Below, in pieces: positions 52,192 through 61,212 of a stretch of DNA of 64,000 nucleotides. Numbering within the stretch: position 1 is the first letter of the stretch; the number at the start of each line of letters is the position of its first letter. The stretch comes from Candidatus Methanomethylophilaceae archaeon (GTDB taxonomy: Archaea; Thermoplasmatota; Thermoplasmata; Methanomassiliicoccales; Methanomethylophilaceae): NCBI GenBank assembly GCA_944320495.1, contig CALUHR010000013.1, positions 320,001-384,000 of the forward strand, in the 5' to 3' direction. A model generated the notes under the pieces. The model ran no database searches. It saw only the letters and a program-made list of their open reading frames with translations, and was not told the DNA's origin. The position numbers and the translations under genes are program-made.

Positions 52192-53346
52192 ATGGTGTCA
52201 AAGAGGCTTCAGGAGATCCCGGCATCGGGAACAATCGCCATCTCCAATCTGGTCAGCCAGATGAAGGCGGAGGGCGTGGACATCGTATCGTTCTCCATGG
52301 GGGAACCCGATTTCACCACGCCGGAGAACGTCATCGACGCGTGCTGCGACTCGCTCCACCGCGGGTTCACCCATTACACCCCGTCCACCGGCATCATGGA
52401 GCTCCGGCAGGCCGTGGCGGACATGGAGCGCGAGAAGGACGGAGTGCCCTGCAAGGCGTCCAACGTGCTCATCACGCCGACGAAGCAGGCCATCTTCATG
52501 ATCGCCCTCGCCTACATCGATCCCGGCGACGAGGTCATCCTCTCCGACCCGTCCTGGGTCTCCTACGAGGCGTGCATCCGCCTCGCCGGTGGAGTGCCCG
52601 TGTACGTGCCCACCAGGTACGAGGACGAGTTCGTGCTGGACCCCGCCGCCGTAGAGGCCGCGGTGACCCCCAGGACGAAGATGATCATCCTGAACACCCC
52701 GTCCAACCCGACCGGGACCGTGATCCCGGAGAGCGTCCTCAGGGAGATAGCCAGGATCGCCGAGGAGCACGACCTCCTCGTGATGTCCGACGAAATCTAC
52801 GAGAGCATCATCTACGAGGGCAAGCACACCTCGTTCGCATCCCTGCCCGGCATGTTCGACCGCACCCTGCTGGTGTCCGGTCTGTCCAAGACCTACGCGA
52901 TGACCGGGTGGAGGCTCGGATGGGCGATCGGCTCCGAGGAGAACATCAAGGCCATCAACAAGCTCCAGTCCCACTCCATCTCCTGCTGCGTGTCCTTCGT
53001 CCAGGAGGCCGCCGTGGAGGCCATCCGCGGACCGCAGGAGTCCAAGGACGCCATGGTCAGGGAGTTCAGGAAGAGGCGCGACCTCGCGCTGGACCTCATC
53101 GCCGAGATCCCGCAGCTCGAGTGCAACGTCCCCAAGGGGGCCTTCTACGTGTTCCCGAAGTACAGCGTCGACATGCCGTCCGCGAAGCTCGCGGAGGTCC
53201 TCCTGAAGGAGGGGCACGTCGCCGTCACCCCCGGGACCGCCTTCGGACCCGGCGGCGAGGGATTCTTCAGGGTCTCCTACGCCACCTCCGAGGACCAGAT
53301 CCGCGAGGGATTCGACAGGATCAAGAGGACGCTGGCACAGCTCTGA
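52192..53346 (+). CDS. aspC: Aspartate aminotransferase (class I PLP)
   Basis: GEPDF, NTPSNPTG, SDEIYE, SKTYAMTGWRLG and GAFY motifs. Confidence 0.93.
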   Translation: MVSKRLQEIPASGTIAISNLVSQMKAEGVDIVSFSMGEPDFTTPENVIDACCDSLHRGFTHYTPSTGIMELRQAVADMEREKDGVPCKASNVLITPTKQAIFMIALAYIDPGDEVILSDPSWVSYEACIRLAGGVPVYVPTRYEDEFVLDPAAVEAAVTPRTKMIILNTPSNPTGTVIPESVLREIARIAEEHDLLVMSDEIYESIIYEGKHTSFASLPGMFDRTLLVSGLSKTYAMTGWRLGWAIGSEENIKAINKLQSHSISCCVSFVQEAAVEAIRGPQESKDAMVREFRKRRDLALDLIAEIPQLECNVPKGAFYVFPKYSVDMPSAKLAEVLLKEGHVAVTPGTAFGPGGEGFFRVSYATSEDQIREGFDRIKRTLAQL

Positions 53347-53362
53347 CAAACGCTTCCATGCC

Positions 53363-53384
53363 CCGTCCTTTGGGACGGGGCCTC
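53363..53384. terminator. Hairpin after aspC
   Basis: GCCCCGTCC-TTTG-GGACGGGGC, a 9-bp stem starting about 16 nt after the stop; coordinates approximate. Confidence 0.45.
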
Positions 53385-53565
53385 CCGCACCGGGCCTCCC
53401 GGGAACACCCGCCAGGTCCGGTGCCACACCTTCTGCTGGCACATATTCCGCGGATGCCGGAGCGCTCCCCATCCATCGCAGGCTCTCGCCTGGTTGTCGC
53501 GCGCGCTACTTATTATAGGATGCCCCCGATGACGACCCATCTGCCCTAGGGCATGAGGGATCAAT

Positions 53566-54630
53566 TTGAGCAGGATGCTTTACACGGTCGGTCCGGTCAA
53601 CGTCTCACCGGACACGCTTCAGTCGATGACCAAGCCCATGATCACGCACCGCTCCGCCGAGTACAAGGAGCTCCACGGCAACATCGTCGAGAAGATCAAG
53701 AAGGCCCTGGACACGGACATGGACGTGTTCCTTGTCGCCGGGTCCGCCACCGTCTTCAACGAGGGCGCCATCAGGAACGGCGTCTCCGAGAAGTGCCTCG
53801 GCATCACCAACGGTTCGTTCGGCAACAGGCTCATCGAGATCGCCGAGCTCAACGGCAAGCAGGTCGACAAGGTCGAGGTCCCCTGGGGCAAGGCCATGAG
53901 GCCGGAGCACATCGCCGGCAAGGTCGCAAAGGACACCGAGGCCGTGTGCTGGGCCGCCAACGAGTCCTCCACCGGTGTGTTCAGCGACTCAGTCGCAATC
54001 TCCAAGGCGGTCTCCGAGCAGAACCCGGACGCCCTGAAGATCGTCGATGTGGTCACAGCGGCGTTCGCCATGGACCTCAGGGTCAGGGACATGGACGCCG
54101 ACGCCATCGTGTTCGGCACCCAGAAGGACCTGGGGCTCCCGCCCGGACTCGCCATCATGCTCTGCTCCGAGAGGATGCTGGAGAAGGCGAAGACCGTGAA
54201 GAACCGCGGGTTCTACACCGACCTGCTCAAGATCAAGAAGCAGAACGACGTCAACTACGCGCTCACCACGCCCCCCGTGTCCCTCATGTACGGCCTGGAC
54301 TACCAGCTGGACAAGATCCTGGCCGAGGGCATGCCCGCCCGCTACAGGCGCCACGAGGAGATGGCCGGGCTCATCGAGCACTGGGCCGACGAGAGGCTCG
54401 CCGGCGTGTTCCCCGAGGAGGGGTACAGGTCCAAGTCGCTCTCCGTGCTCAACCGCGGGGACCTGGACTTCGACGCGTTCCACAAGAAGCTCAAGGCCAA
54501 GGGATACGAGATCTCCAACGGCTACGGCGATGTCAAGGAGAAGACTTTCAGGATTGGCCACATGGGGGACGTGACGCCGGACGGCATCAGGGAGCTCCTT
54601 GGGGTCATGGATTCAATCATGGAGGAGTGA
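53566..54630 (+). CDS. Class V PLP aminotransferase, probable phosphoserine aminotransferase
   Basis: TVGPV, HRS, NESSTG, GTQKDLGLPPG and FRIGHMG motifs; directly upstream of serA. Confidence 0.85.
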   Translation: MSRMLYTVGPVNVSPDTLQSMTKPMITHRSAEYKELHGNIVEKIKKALDTDMDVFLVAGSATVFNEGAIRNGVSEKCLGITNGSFGNRLIEIAELNGKQVDKVEVPWGKAMRPEHIAGKVAKDTEAVCWAANESSTGVFSDSVAISKAVSEQNPDALKIVDVVTAAFAMDLRVRDMDADAIVFGTQKDLGLPPGLAIMLCSERMLEKAKTVKNRGFYTDLLKIKKQNDVNYALTTPPVSLMYGLDYQLDKILAEGMPARYRRHEEMAGLIEHWADERLAGVFPEEGYRSKSLSVLNRGDLDFDAFHKKLKAKGYEISNGYGDVKEKTFRIGHMGDVTPDGIRELLGVMDSIMEE

Positions 54631-54632
54631 AG

Positions 54633-56213
54633 ATGGTTGTCAAGGTGCTGATTTCCGACCCCCTGTCCGAGGACGGGGTCAAGATACTGAAGGATGCGGG
54701 TTTCCAGGTCGACGAGAAATCCGGGCTCTCCGAGGACGAGCTCTGCGGGATCATCGGCGAGTACGACGCGCTGATCATAAGGTCCGGGACCAAGGCCACC
54801 GCCAAGGTCATCGAGGCCGGGAAGAACCTGAAGGTCATCGGACGCGCCGGAGTCGGAGTGGACAACATCGACGTCCCCGCCGCCACCGAGCACGGCGTCC
54901 TCGTCATGAACACCCCCTCCGCCAACATCCTGTCCGCGGCCGAGCACTCCTGTGCCATGCTCCTCGCCCTGGCCAGGAACATCCCCTTCGCCCACGACTC
55001 CATGCACAGGGGCGAGTGGAAGAGGTCCAAGTACACCGGGGTCGAGATGAACGGCAAGGTGCTGGGCATCATCGGCGTCGGACGCGTCGGCGGAGAGGTC
55101 GCCAAGCGCATGAAGGCCTTCAACATGACCCTCATCGGATACGACCCGTTCCTCCCCAAGGACGTCGCGGACTCCATCGGCGTCAGGCTGACCACCCTGG
55201 ACGAGGTCCTGTCGACCTCCGACTTCATGACCATCCACACCCCGCTGCTGCCCGAGACCAGGAACATGATCTCGATGCCGCAGTTCAAGATGATGAAGCC
55301 CAACGCGCGCCTCGCCAACGTGGCCCGCGGAGGCATCGTCAACGAGGACGACCTGTACACCGCCCTCAAGGAGAAGGTCATCGCCGGTGCCGCCTTCGAC
55401 GTCTGGTGCAACGAGCCCCTCAGCGACGACGAGAAGAAGCTCCTCGAGCTGGACAACCTCGTCGTGACCCCCCATCTCGGAGCCTCCACCGTCGAGGCCC
55501 AGGAGAGGGTGGCCATCGAGATCGCCGAGCACGCCGCCATGTACCTCAGGGACGGCATCGTCTCCAACGCCATCAACGCGCCCCGCGGCAAGCTGGACGC
55601 TGAGACGGAGCCCTACATGCCCCTCGCCGAGAGGATGGGCTCCCTGGTGCAGCAGATGGTCGGCAACCATCCCCTGGACAAGATCGAGATCGCCTACTGC
55701 GGAGGGCTCGCCGGTAAGCAGACCAAGATGCTCACCGTCGAGACGATCATCGGATACCTCAGGAACGTCGTCGGCACCGCGAACATCATCAACGCGCTGC
55801 CCATCGCCAAGCAGAAGGGCATAGAGATCGCCGAGACCAGCAACGACACCGCCAAGGACTACGCCAGCGTCGTGGAGGTCAGGTTCACCTCCGAGGGCAG
55901 GACCCGCTACATCCGCGGCACCGTCATCGGCGGGGTCCCCAGACTCGTCGGCGTGGACGGCTTCTCGTTCGACATCCCCATGAGCGGGGACATGATGTAC
56001 CTCAGCTACGAGGACGCCCCCGGCGTCATCGGCGTCGTCGGCAACGCCCTCGGGTCCGCGGGCATCAACGTCGCCCAGATGACCGTCGCCAGGAGCGGCA
56101 CCCGTGCCATGATGTTCCTCACCGTCGACAGCAACATCGACGAGGACATCGTCGCGAAGGTCGCCAAGGACGTCGGCACCGACGACGTCAGGTTCCTCGA
56201 CCTCGTGGAGTGA
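54633..56213 (+). CDS. serA: D-3-phosphoglycerate dehydrogenase with ASB and ACT domains
   Basis: RAGVGVDNID, GVGRVG, NVARGG and TPHLGAST motifs; C-terminal ACT domain. Confidence 0.97.
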   Translation: MVVKVLISDPLSEDGVKILKDAGFQVDEKSGLSEDELCGIIGEYDALIIRSGTKATAKVIEAGKNLKVIGRAGVGVDNIDVPAATEHGVLVMNTPSANILSAAEHSCAMLLALARNIPFAHDSMHRGEWKRSKYTGVEMNGKVLGIIGVGRVGGEVAKRMKAFNMTLIGYDPFLPKDVADSIGVRLTTLDEVLSTSDFMTIHTPLLPETRNMISMPQFKMMKPNARLANVARGGIVNEDDLYTALKEKVIAGAAFDVWCNEPLSDDEKKLLELDNLVVTPHLGASTVEAQERVAIEIAEHAAMYLRDGIVSNAINAPRGKLDAETEPYMPLAERMGSLVQQMVGNHPLDKIEIAYCGGLAGKQTKMLTVETIIGYLRNVVGTANIINALPIAKQKGIEIAETSNDTAKDYASVVEVRFTSEGRTRYIRGTVIGGVPRLVGVDGFSFDIPMSGDMMYLSYEDAPGVIGVVGNALGSAGINVAQMTVARSGTRAMMFLTVDSNIDEDIVAKVAKDVGTDDVRFLDLVE

Positions 56214-56611
56214 TGGGCTTGGCAGTCATCACGATCAGCGAGCTGACCTCCGCCATCAGGAACAGCATCGACAGCAGCTCCAGGGAGATGGAGGAGGAGG
56301 AGGCGTACGACCTCGCCCACAGGGTCCTGAACTTCTTCGGGTACTCGGACAGGATCATCGACAACATCCTGGAGCCGGAGGACCGCGACGCCTTCTACAT
56401 GCTGGAGGACGCCGGCATCCTGACCACCGAGAGGGAGGAGACCACCCTCTACGACGGCAGGGAGTGGAGGATCCACTACTGGCTCTTCCGCAGGGAGAGG
56501 ATCGACCAGCTGATCAACCAGGGCCCCCGCAGGACGGAGGCCCGGGTGGAGGCCGAGTTCGACTACGACGAGCTGCCGGACGACATCTGGCAGCGCGGCT
56601 CCCAGGAATGA
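56210..56611 (+). CDS. Conserved Thermoplasmatota protein (DUF6015-like)
   Basis: VLNFFGYSDRIIDNILEPEDRDAFYMLEDAGILTTEREETTLYDGREWRIHYW. Confidence 0.8.
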   Translation: MMGLAVITISELTSAIRNSIDSSSREMEEEEAYDLAHRVLNFFGYSDRIIDNILEPEDRDAFYMLEDAGILTTEREETTLYDGREWRIHYWLFRRERIDQLINQGPRRTEARVEAEFDYDELPDDIWQRGSQE

Positions 56612-58488
56612 GGATGGCCGTCTTCCCGTACCCCTACCGTCCCGGCCAGAGGGAGCTGGTCTCCTTCATAGACCGCTCCGCCCGGGACGGCATGTGTCCC
56701 GTCGTCGAGGCGGGGACGGGCACCGGGAAGACCGTCTCCTCCCTGGCCGGCATGCTCCCGCTGGCCGGGGAGCGGGACCTCAAGATAATCTATCTGACGC
56801 GCACGAAGTCCCAGCAGGCGCAGGTCCTGCGGGAGTGCTCCGCCATCGGCGGGGTCGTGTGCATCGGCCTCCAGGGCCGCTCCGCCTCCTCCTGTCCGAT
56901 GATGAGGGACGACCCGGACCTCAGGTCAGGCACCCCGGAGGAGATCTCGAAGCTGTGCTCCGAGCTGAAGCGCAGGACCGAATCCGGATGCGCCTGCCCG
57001 TACTTCGCCAACCTCGAGGGTGCGGACGAGGAGCACTGGCTCTCCGTCCTGTCGCAGGAGGGCATGACGCCGGAATCGTCCTCCGAGGTGTGCGAGGAGG
57101 CGGGACTGTGCCCGTACGAGCTCCTCAAGCACCTCCTGCCGAGGGCGGACGTCATCGCCGCCTCGTACCCGTTCATGTTCGTGCCGCCCATACTCGCGAG
57201 GTTCGAGGAGTGGGTGGGCGTGCCGGTGGAGAGGATGCTCGTCATCGCCGACGAGGCCCACAACCTCCCCGACTACCTGCGCGAGGTGCAGACCTACGAG
57301 TACAGCAGATGGTCCATGGACATGGCCGAGAAGGAGTCCAGGGAGTTCGGGGACCGGGAGATCCACCAGGGGATCACCGTCTCGGACGTGGCCGCCGTGC
57401 TGAGGGAGATACTGGAGGCCACGGCCAAGGAGTACCTGATCGACGAGGACGGCATCATCCCCCCGCACTTCGTGGAGGACGAGCTGATGGCCCGCCTCGG
57501 GGTGACGTCGGTCGGCCTCGGGAGGATCTCGAGGGGCCTGACGGACCTGGGGGACGTCATCGAGGAGCAGAGGAAGCAAAGGCGCAAGCTGCCCCGCTCC
57601 TACATCGGGATGATGGGGAGGTTCCTCGACGCGTGGATGTCGGAGGAGGACCCCAGCTGCGTCCGCCTGGTTATCGGAGGCACGAACCCCTGCTTCCAGT
57701 CCTACTGCATGGATCCAGCCCCGGCGGCGGAGCCGCTGAACGCGTGCCACTCGGCGCTGCTGATGTCGGGGACGCTGGAGCCTCTGGAGGACTATGTACG
57801 GGAGATGGGCATCGAGAGGCCGGCGATCCGCCGCCAGCCCAGCGCGTTCGACCCTGGCCATCTCCTCACGCTGTACACCGACAGGGTGTCGATGAAGTAC
57901 GAGGAGAGGTTCCTCGAATCCAACTATGCGGCGCTGAGGTCGCTCCTCCTCGACACCGTGAACTCCGTCCGCGTGAACACGGCGGTGTTCTTCCCGTCCT
58001 ACGACCTGATGGACAGGATGGTGTCCGAGGGCATCGTCGACGCCCTGGGCAGGGACGTGTACTTCGAGCGGAGGGGCATGCCGCAGGGGGAGCTGATGGA
58101 GACCTTCGACCAGTTCAGGACCTCCGAGGGGAGCGTCCTCTTCTGCGTGACCGGCGGCAGGATGAGCGAGGGCCTCGACTTCCCGGACAAGGCCCTGGAG
58201 CTCGCGGTGCTGATCGGGATACCGTATCCGAAGCCCACGGCCAAGTCCAGGGCCATGGTGCGCTACTACGACCGCCGCTTCGGGGACGGGACGAAGTACG
58301 TGACGAGGATCCCGGCGGAGCGCAAGATGCGCCAGTCCATCGGCCGTCTGATAAGGTCGGAGACGGACCGCGGGGTGGCGGTCATACTGGACCGGAGGGT
58401 CGTCTCCATGGATCTCGGGGCGATGCTCTGCTCCGACATACCCTCGGCGGTGGCCGCGTTCCTCTCCGAAGGCCGGTCGCGACGATAG
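56608..58488 (+). CDS. xpd: XPD/Rad3-like Fe-S DNA helicase; ends CGA-CGA-TAG
   Basis: AGTGTGKT, Fe-S Cys cluster (SCP, LC, CPYF, LCPY), ADEAHN, SGTL, SEGLDF and QSIGRLIR motifs. Confidence 0.93.
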   Translation: MRMAVFPYPYRPGQRELVSFIDRSARDGMCPVVEAGTGTGKTVSSLAGMLPLAGERDLKIIYLTRTKSQQAQVLRECSAIGGVVCIGLQGRSASSCPMMRDDPDLRSGTPEEISKLCSELKRRTESGCACPYFANLEGADEEHWLSVLSQEGMTPESSSEVCEEAGLCPYELLKHLLPRADVIAASYPFMFVPPILARFEEWVGVPVERMLVIADEAHNLPDYLREVQTYEYSRWSMDMAEKESREFGDREIHQGITVSDVAAVLREILEATAKEYLIDEDGIIPPHFVEDELMARLGVTSVGLGRISRGLTDLGDVIEEQRKQRRKLPRSYIGMMGRFLDAWMSEEDPSCVRLVIGGTNPCFQSYCMDPAPAAEPLNACHSALLMSGTLEPLEDYVREMGIERPAIRRQPSAFDPGHLLTLYTDRVSMKYEERFLESNYAALRSLLLDTVNSVRVNTAVFFPSYDLMDRMVSEGIVDALGRDVYFERRGMPQGELMETFDQFRTSEGSVLFCVTGGRMSEGLDFPDKALELAVLIGIPYPKPTAKSRAMVRYYDRRFGDGTKYVTRIPAERKMRQSIGRLIRSETDRGVAVILDRRVVSMDLGAMLCSDIPSAVAAFLSEGRSRR

Positions 58489-58520
58489 TTTTAGAAACAG
58501 GTGTCCGCAATCAGCCGTCC

Positions 58521-58790
58521 ATGGAATTCCAGGTCGACGAGGACGTCAAGAAGATGATAGCGGAGCATGACTGCGACTTCCGCATCTGCACCGCATGCTA
58601 CGGTCCGGCCCTGGTCACCACGGCCGTCAAACCCCCGAAGGAATCGGACATCAAGGTCCCGGTCGGGAACCACACGATCTTCGTCTCGCGCTACCAGGCG
58701 CCGTACGTCTCCCGCATAACGATGGACATGGTCTACAGCGAGGACGAGATCGACTCCTGTCCCGCCTTCTACACCAGGCGCCGCTACTGA
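58521..58790 (+). CDS. Small conserved protein with CxxC (HesB-like / CC-motif)
   Basis: DFRICTACYGPAL...PPKESDIKV; family assignment tentative. Confidence 0.7.
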   Translation: MEFQVDEDVKKMIAEHDCDFRICTACYGPALVTTAVKPPKESDIKVPVGNHTIFVSRYQAPYVSRITMDMVYSEDEIDSCPAFYTRRRY

Positions 58791-58803
58791 CCCCGGTCGG
58801 CTC

Positions 58804-59145
58804 TCATGGGTCCGGCGGGGTCTCACCGTTCTTCGACAGGACCCCGTCGAACGCGTGTCTCAGGTTGTCCATGTCGTCCAGCGGGATCGGCGGGACGTCC
58901 TTCGACCTCTTGAAGAAGCAGGGTCCGAACAGCGGGCAGTGTTCCACCCCGTTGACATCCGTGAACACGTTCCCCTCCGCGATCTTGATTGCTCTCCTCT
59001 CAGTGCGTGTCCTGGTGAAGAGCGTGGTCAGTGATTTGGCCTTCTCGTTACGACCGGATTTCACCTCTATCGTCGTGACCTCGCTGTCCATGTAGGTCAG
59101 GATCCTTCTCTCCATGGAATCGATCTGGGTAAGATCATATTGCAA
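58804..59145 (-). pseudogene. C-terminal fragment of an AAA+/DUF4143-type ATP-binding protein
   Basis: IEVKSGRNEKAKSL, a PD-(D/E)xK-like terminal motif; no ATPase part and no clear start. Confidence 0.6.
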
Positions 59146-59189
59146 CTTTCATGAGGGAATATGCCATTGAAATTGCAACTTTCATGAGG
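59139..59189. repeat. 18-bp direct repeat ATTGCAACTTTCATGAGG x2
   Basis: Identical copies at 59139-59156 and 59172-59189 (33-nt period) in an AT-rich patch. Confidence 0.85.
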
Positions 59190-59243
59190 AAATGAAAGGT
59201 CGGACCGATGCCTCCCCGGCGCATCGACGCCGGTGAAGCGGGT

Positions 59244-59873
59244 TCAGGCGCCGTCCAATCTGGCCGCATCGACCGAGGCCCTGGCGAGCGCATCGATGTC
59301 GACGGCAGCGCTCATCTCCGCCACCTTGGCGGGGTCCGCCTCCGTGACGGGGTGGATGGGAACGATGGAGCATCCGTGACCCGGTCTGATGGATATGTCA
59401 TAGGTCCCGATGTCCTTGGCTATGGCCTCGATCTCGAGCTTGTCCATGCCGATGAGCGGTCTGACGACGGGGAAGTCGAGACCCTGGTTCTCCGCGCGTA
59501 TGTTGCGGAGCGTCTGCGAAGCGACCTGTCCGAGCGAGTCGCCCATGACGATCCCGGAGCATCCGAGCCTTCTCCCCAGCTCCCTCGCCGTCCTCTGCAT
59601 GACGCGCTTGCACATGACGCACTGATAGGGATGGGGGCAACCATCGTGTATCGCGTCCTGTGACGGCGCGTGGGGGGCGATCCAGAGCGGGAGCTCCTGT
59701 CCGGTGGATTCCCTGAGCGCGTCTGCGATGTCCCTGACGTCGTCCAGCTGGACCGGTCCGGAATAGGGGGTGTTGTCCATGTGGAGGAGGACGACCTCGG
59801 CTCCCACGGAGCACATTCTGTGGACGGCGACCGGCGAGTCGATCCCGCCGGACATCAATGCGATGAGCCTCAT
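59244..59873 (-). CDS. thiI: ThiI-like PP-loop ATPase without THUMP domain
   Basis: LMSGGIDSPVA, GDSLGQVASQT, RPLIGMDKLEI and IGTYDIS motifs. Confidence 0.85.
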   Translation of the reverse strand: MRLIALMSGGIDSPVAVHRMCSVGAEVVLLHMDNTPYSGPVQLDDVRDIADALRESTGQELPLWIAPHAPSQDAIHDGCPHPYQCVMCKRVMQRTARELGRRLGCSGIVMGDSLGQVASQTLRNIRAENQGLDFPVVRPLIGMDKLEIEAIAKDIGTYDISIRPGHGCSIVPIHPVTEADPAKVAEMSAAVDIDALARASVDAARLDGA

Positions 59874-60436
59874 CGGAGGACCACGTCGCCGTAGTCGTCC
59901 GCCAGCTTCCTGGGAATGGCGTACCTGCACTCGGGGCAGTACAGGCCCTCGCCCTTCTTGTCGCGGACCATCTCGGTCTTGCACTTGGAGCAGAGCGCCC
60001 TGATGCATCCGAGGTGCTTGTCCTTGGTGGCGAGCTGGAGGGAGGGCTTGGTCTCGGTGACGACCGCCCTGATGTAGTCGCCCTTGCGGAGCTCCTTGGA
60101 CACGTCGTCGGTGTACTTGGGGGAGATCTTGGACACGTGGAGGGTCGCGTAGGTCTCCCCTCCCACGTTCTTGCTGGTGCCCTCCTTGGCCACGACGTCC
60201 GCGGTGGCCATGGTGCTCCTGATGTCGGCCACGACCGCGTAGACGACGTCCCCCTTCTTCAGGATGTTAGGGGGGTTGGGGCAGACGACGGATGCGGTGC
60301 ACTCGTCGTCGTCCAGAACGAGGGTGCCGACCTGGGACGCGTAGACGGTACCGTTGTCCGCGAAGGTCCCCTCTCCCGCGGCGTACTCCTCTTCCACGGC
60401 GACCTCGTCGCCGGGCATGACGAACCTGGAATCCAT
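59870..60436 (-). CDS. csl4: Exosome subunit Csl4; ends CGA-TGA
   Basis: VMPGDE, GDYIRAVV, LGCIRALCSKC and CPEC...RKLADDYG motifs. Confidence 0.93.
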   Translation of the reverse strand: MDSRFVMPGDEVAVEEEYAAGEGTFADNGTVYASQVGTLVLDDDECTASVVCPNPPNILKKGDVVYAVVADIRSTMATADVVAKEGTSKNVGGETYATLHVSKISPKYTDDVSKELRKGDYIRAVVTETKPSLQLATKDKHLGCIRALCSKCKTEMVRDKKGEGLYCPECRYAIPRKLADDYGDVVLR

Positions 60437-60441
60437 GTGAA

Positions 60442-61035
60442 TCACCTTATGCCGACCGCCGCGACCTCGACGGTCTGTCTCTCCTTTGAATGGAATGAAA
60501 ACTGATGCGGGATATCGTACTTATAGGTTCTACGCCAGAACACGGACCTCCCGCGGCGCCCGCAGAAGTCCTCCACGAATCCCAGGGTGGACGCCATGTG
60601 GATGGAGTAGACGCAGTCCGACAGTGCCAGCGCCCTCTCGAGGAACGGGCGGTCCGCGTGCGGGGTCTGGCACCCGAACGGGGGGTTCATCACCACGGTG
60701 TCCGCTCCCTCGGAGACGTCCCCGATCAGCGACTCGCGGAAGTCGACGTCCGCGCCGAGCGCGGAGGCGTTGGACCTCGCTATGGCGAGCGCCTCGGGGT
60801 CCACGTCGAAACCGACCACCATGCCGGCGCCGAGCAGCGCCGATCCGATGGAGAGCATCCCGGTCCCGCATCCCAGGTCCATGACCTTCAGCCCCCGGAT
60901 GTCCCCGCGGGAGTACGCCTCGAAGAGCATGTCCGCCGCTATCGTGGCGGGCGTCATGTACTGCTCGAGCGCGGAGCTCGGGTCCTCGAAGTTGCGGACC
61001 GACTGCAGGCGGATTTCCAGCTCCCTCTTCCTCAT
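60442..61035 (-). CDS. METTL5-family N6-adenine RNA methyltransferase
   Basis: LEQYMTPA, DLGCGTG, VMNPPFG and IPHQFSFH motifs. Confidence 0.92.
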   Translation of the reverse strand: MRKRELEIRLQSVRNFEDPSSALEQYMTPATIAADMLFEAYSRGDIRGLKVMDLGCGTGMLSIGSALLGAGMVVGFDVDPEALAIARSNASALGADVDFRESLIGDVSEGADTVVMNPPFGCQTPHADRPFLERALALSDCVYSIHMASTLGFVEDFCGRRGRSVFWRRTYKYDIPHQFSFHSKERQTVEVAAVGIR

Positions 61036-61212
61036 CGCATGGCTAATGAGCGGTCCGGATATATCGTCTGTCTTCCCCGGCCGGTCTCTGCAATGTTGAG
61101 GATTCCATCTATCAAACAACGAATTTCGTAGTCGTTCTGGCATAGTTTAACTATAAGCAGGGGATTGATAGCACGCATACGTGAGTATGCACCTCGAAAG
61201 AGGGGGTATACT

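Noticed and set aside
59139-59189. Mini CRISPR array
   Set aside because: Only two 18-bp copies with a 15-nt gap, too short for repeat-spacer units, and no cas genes.
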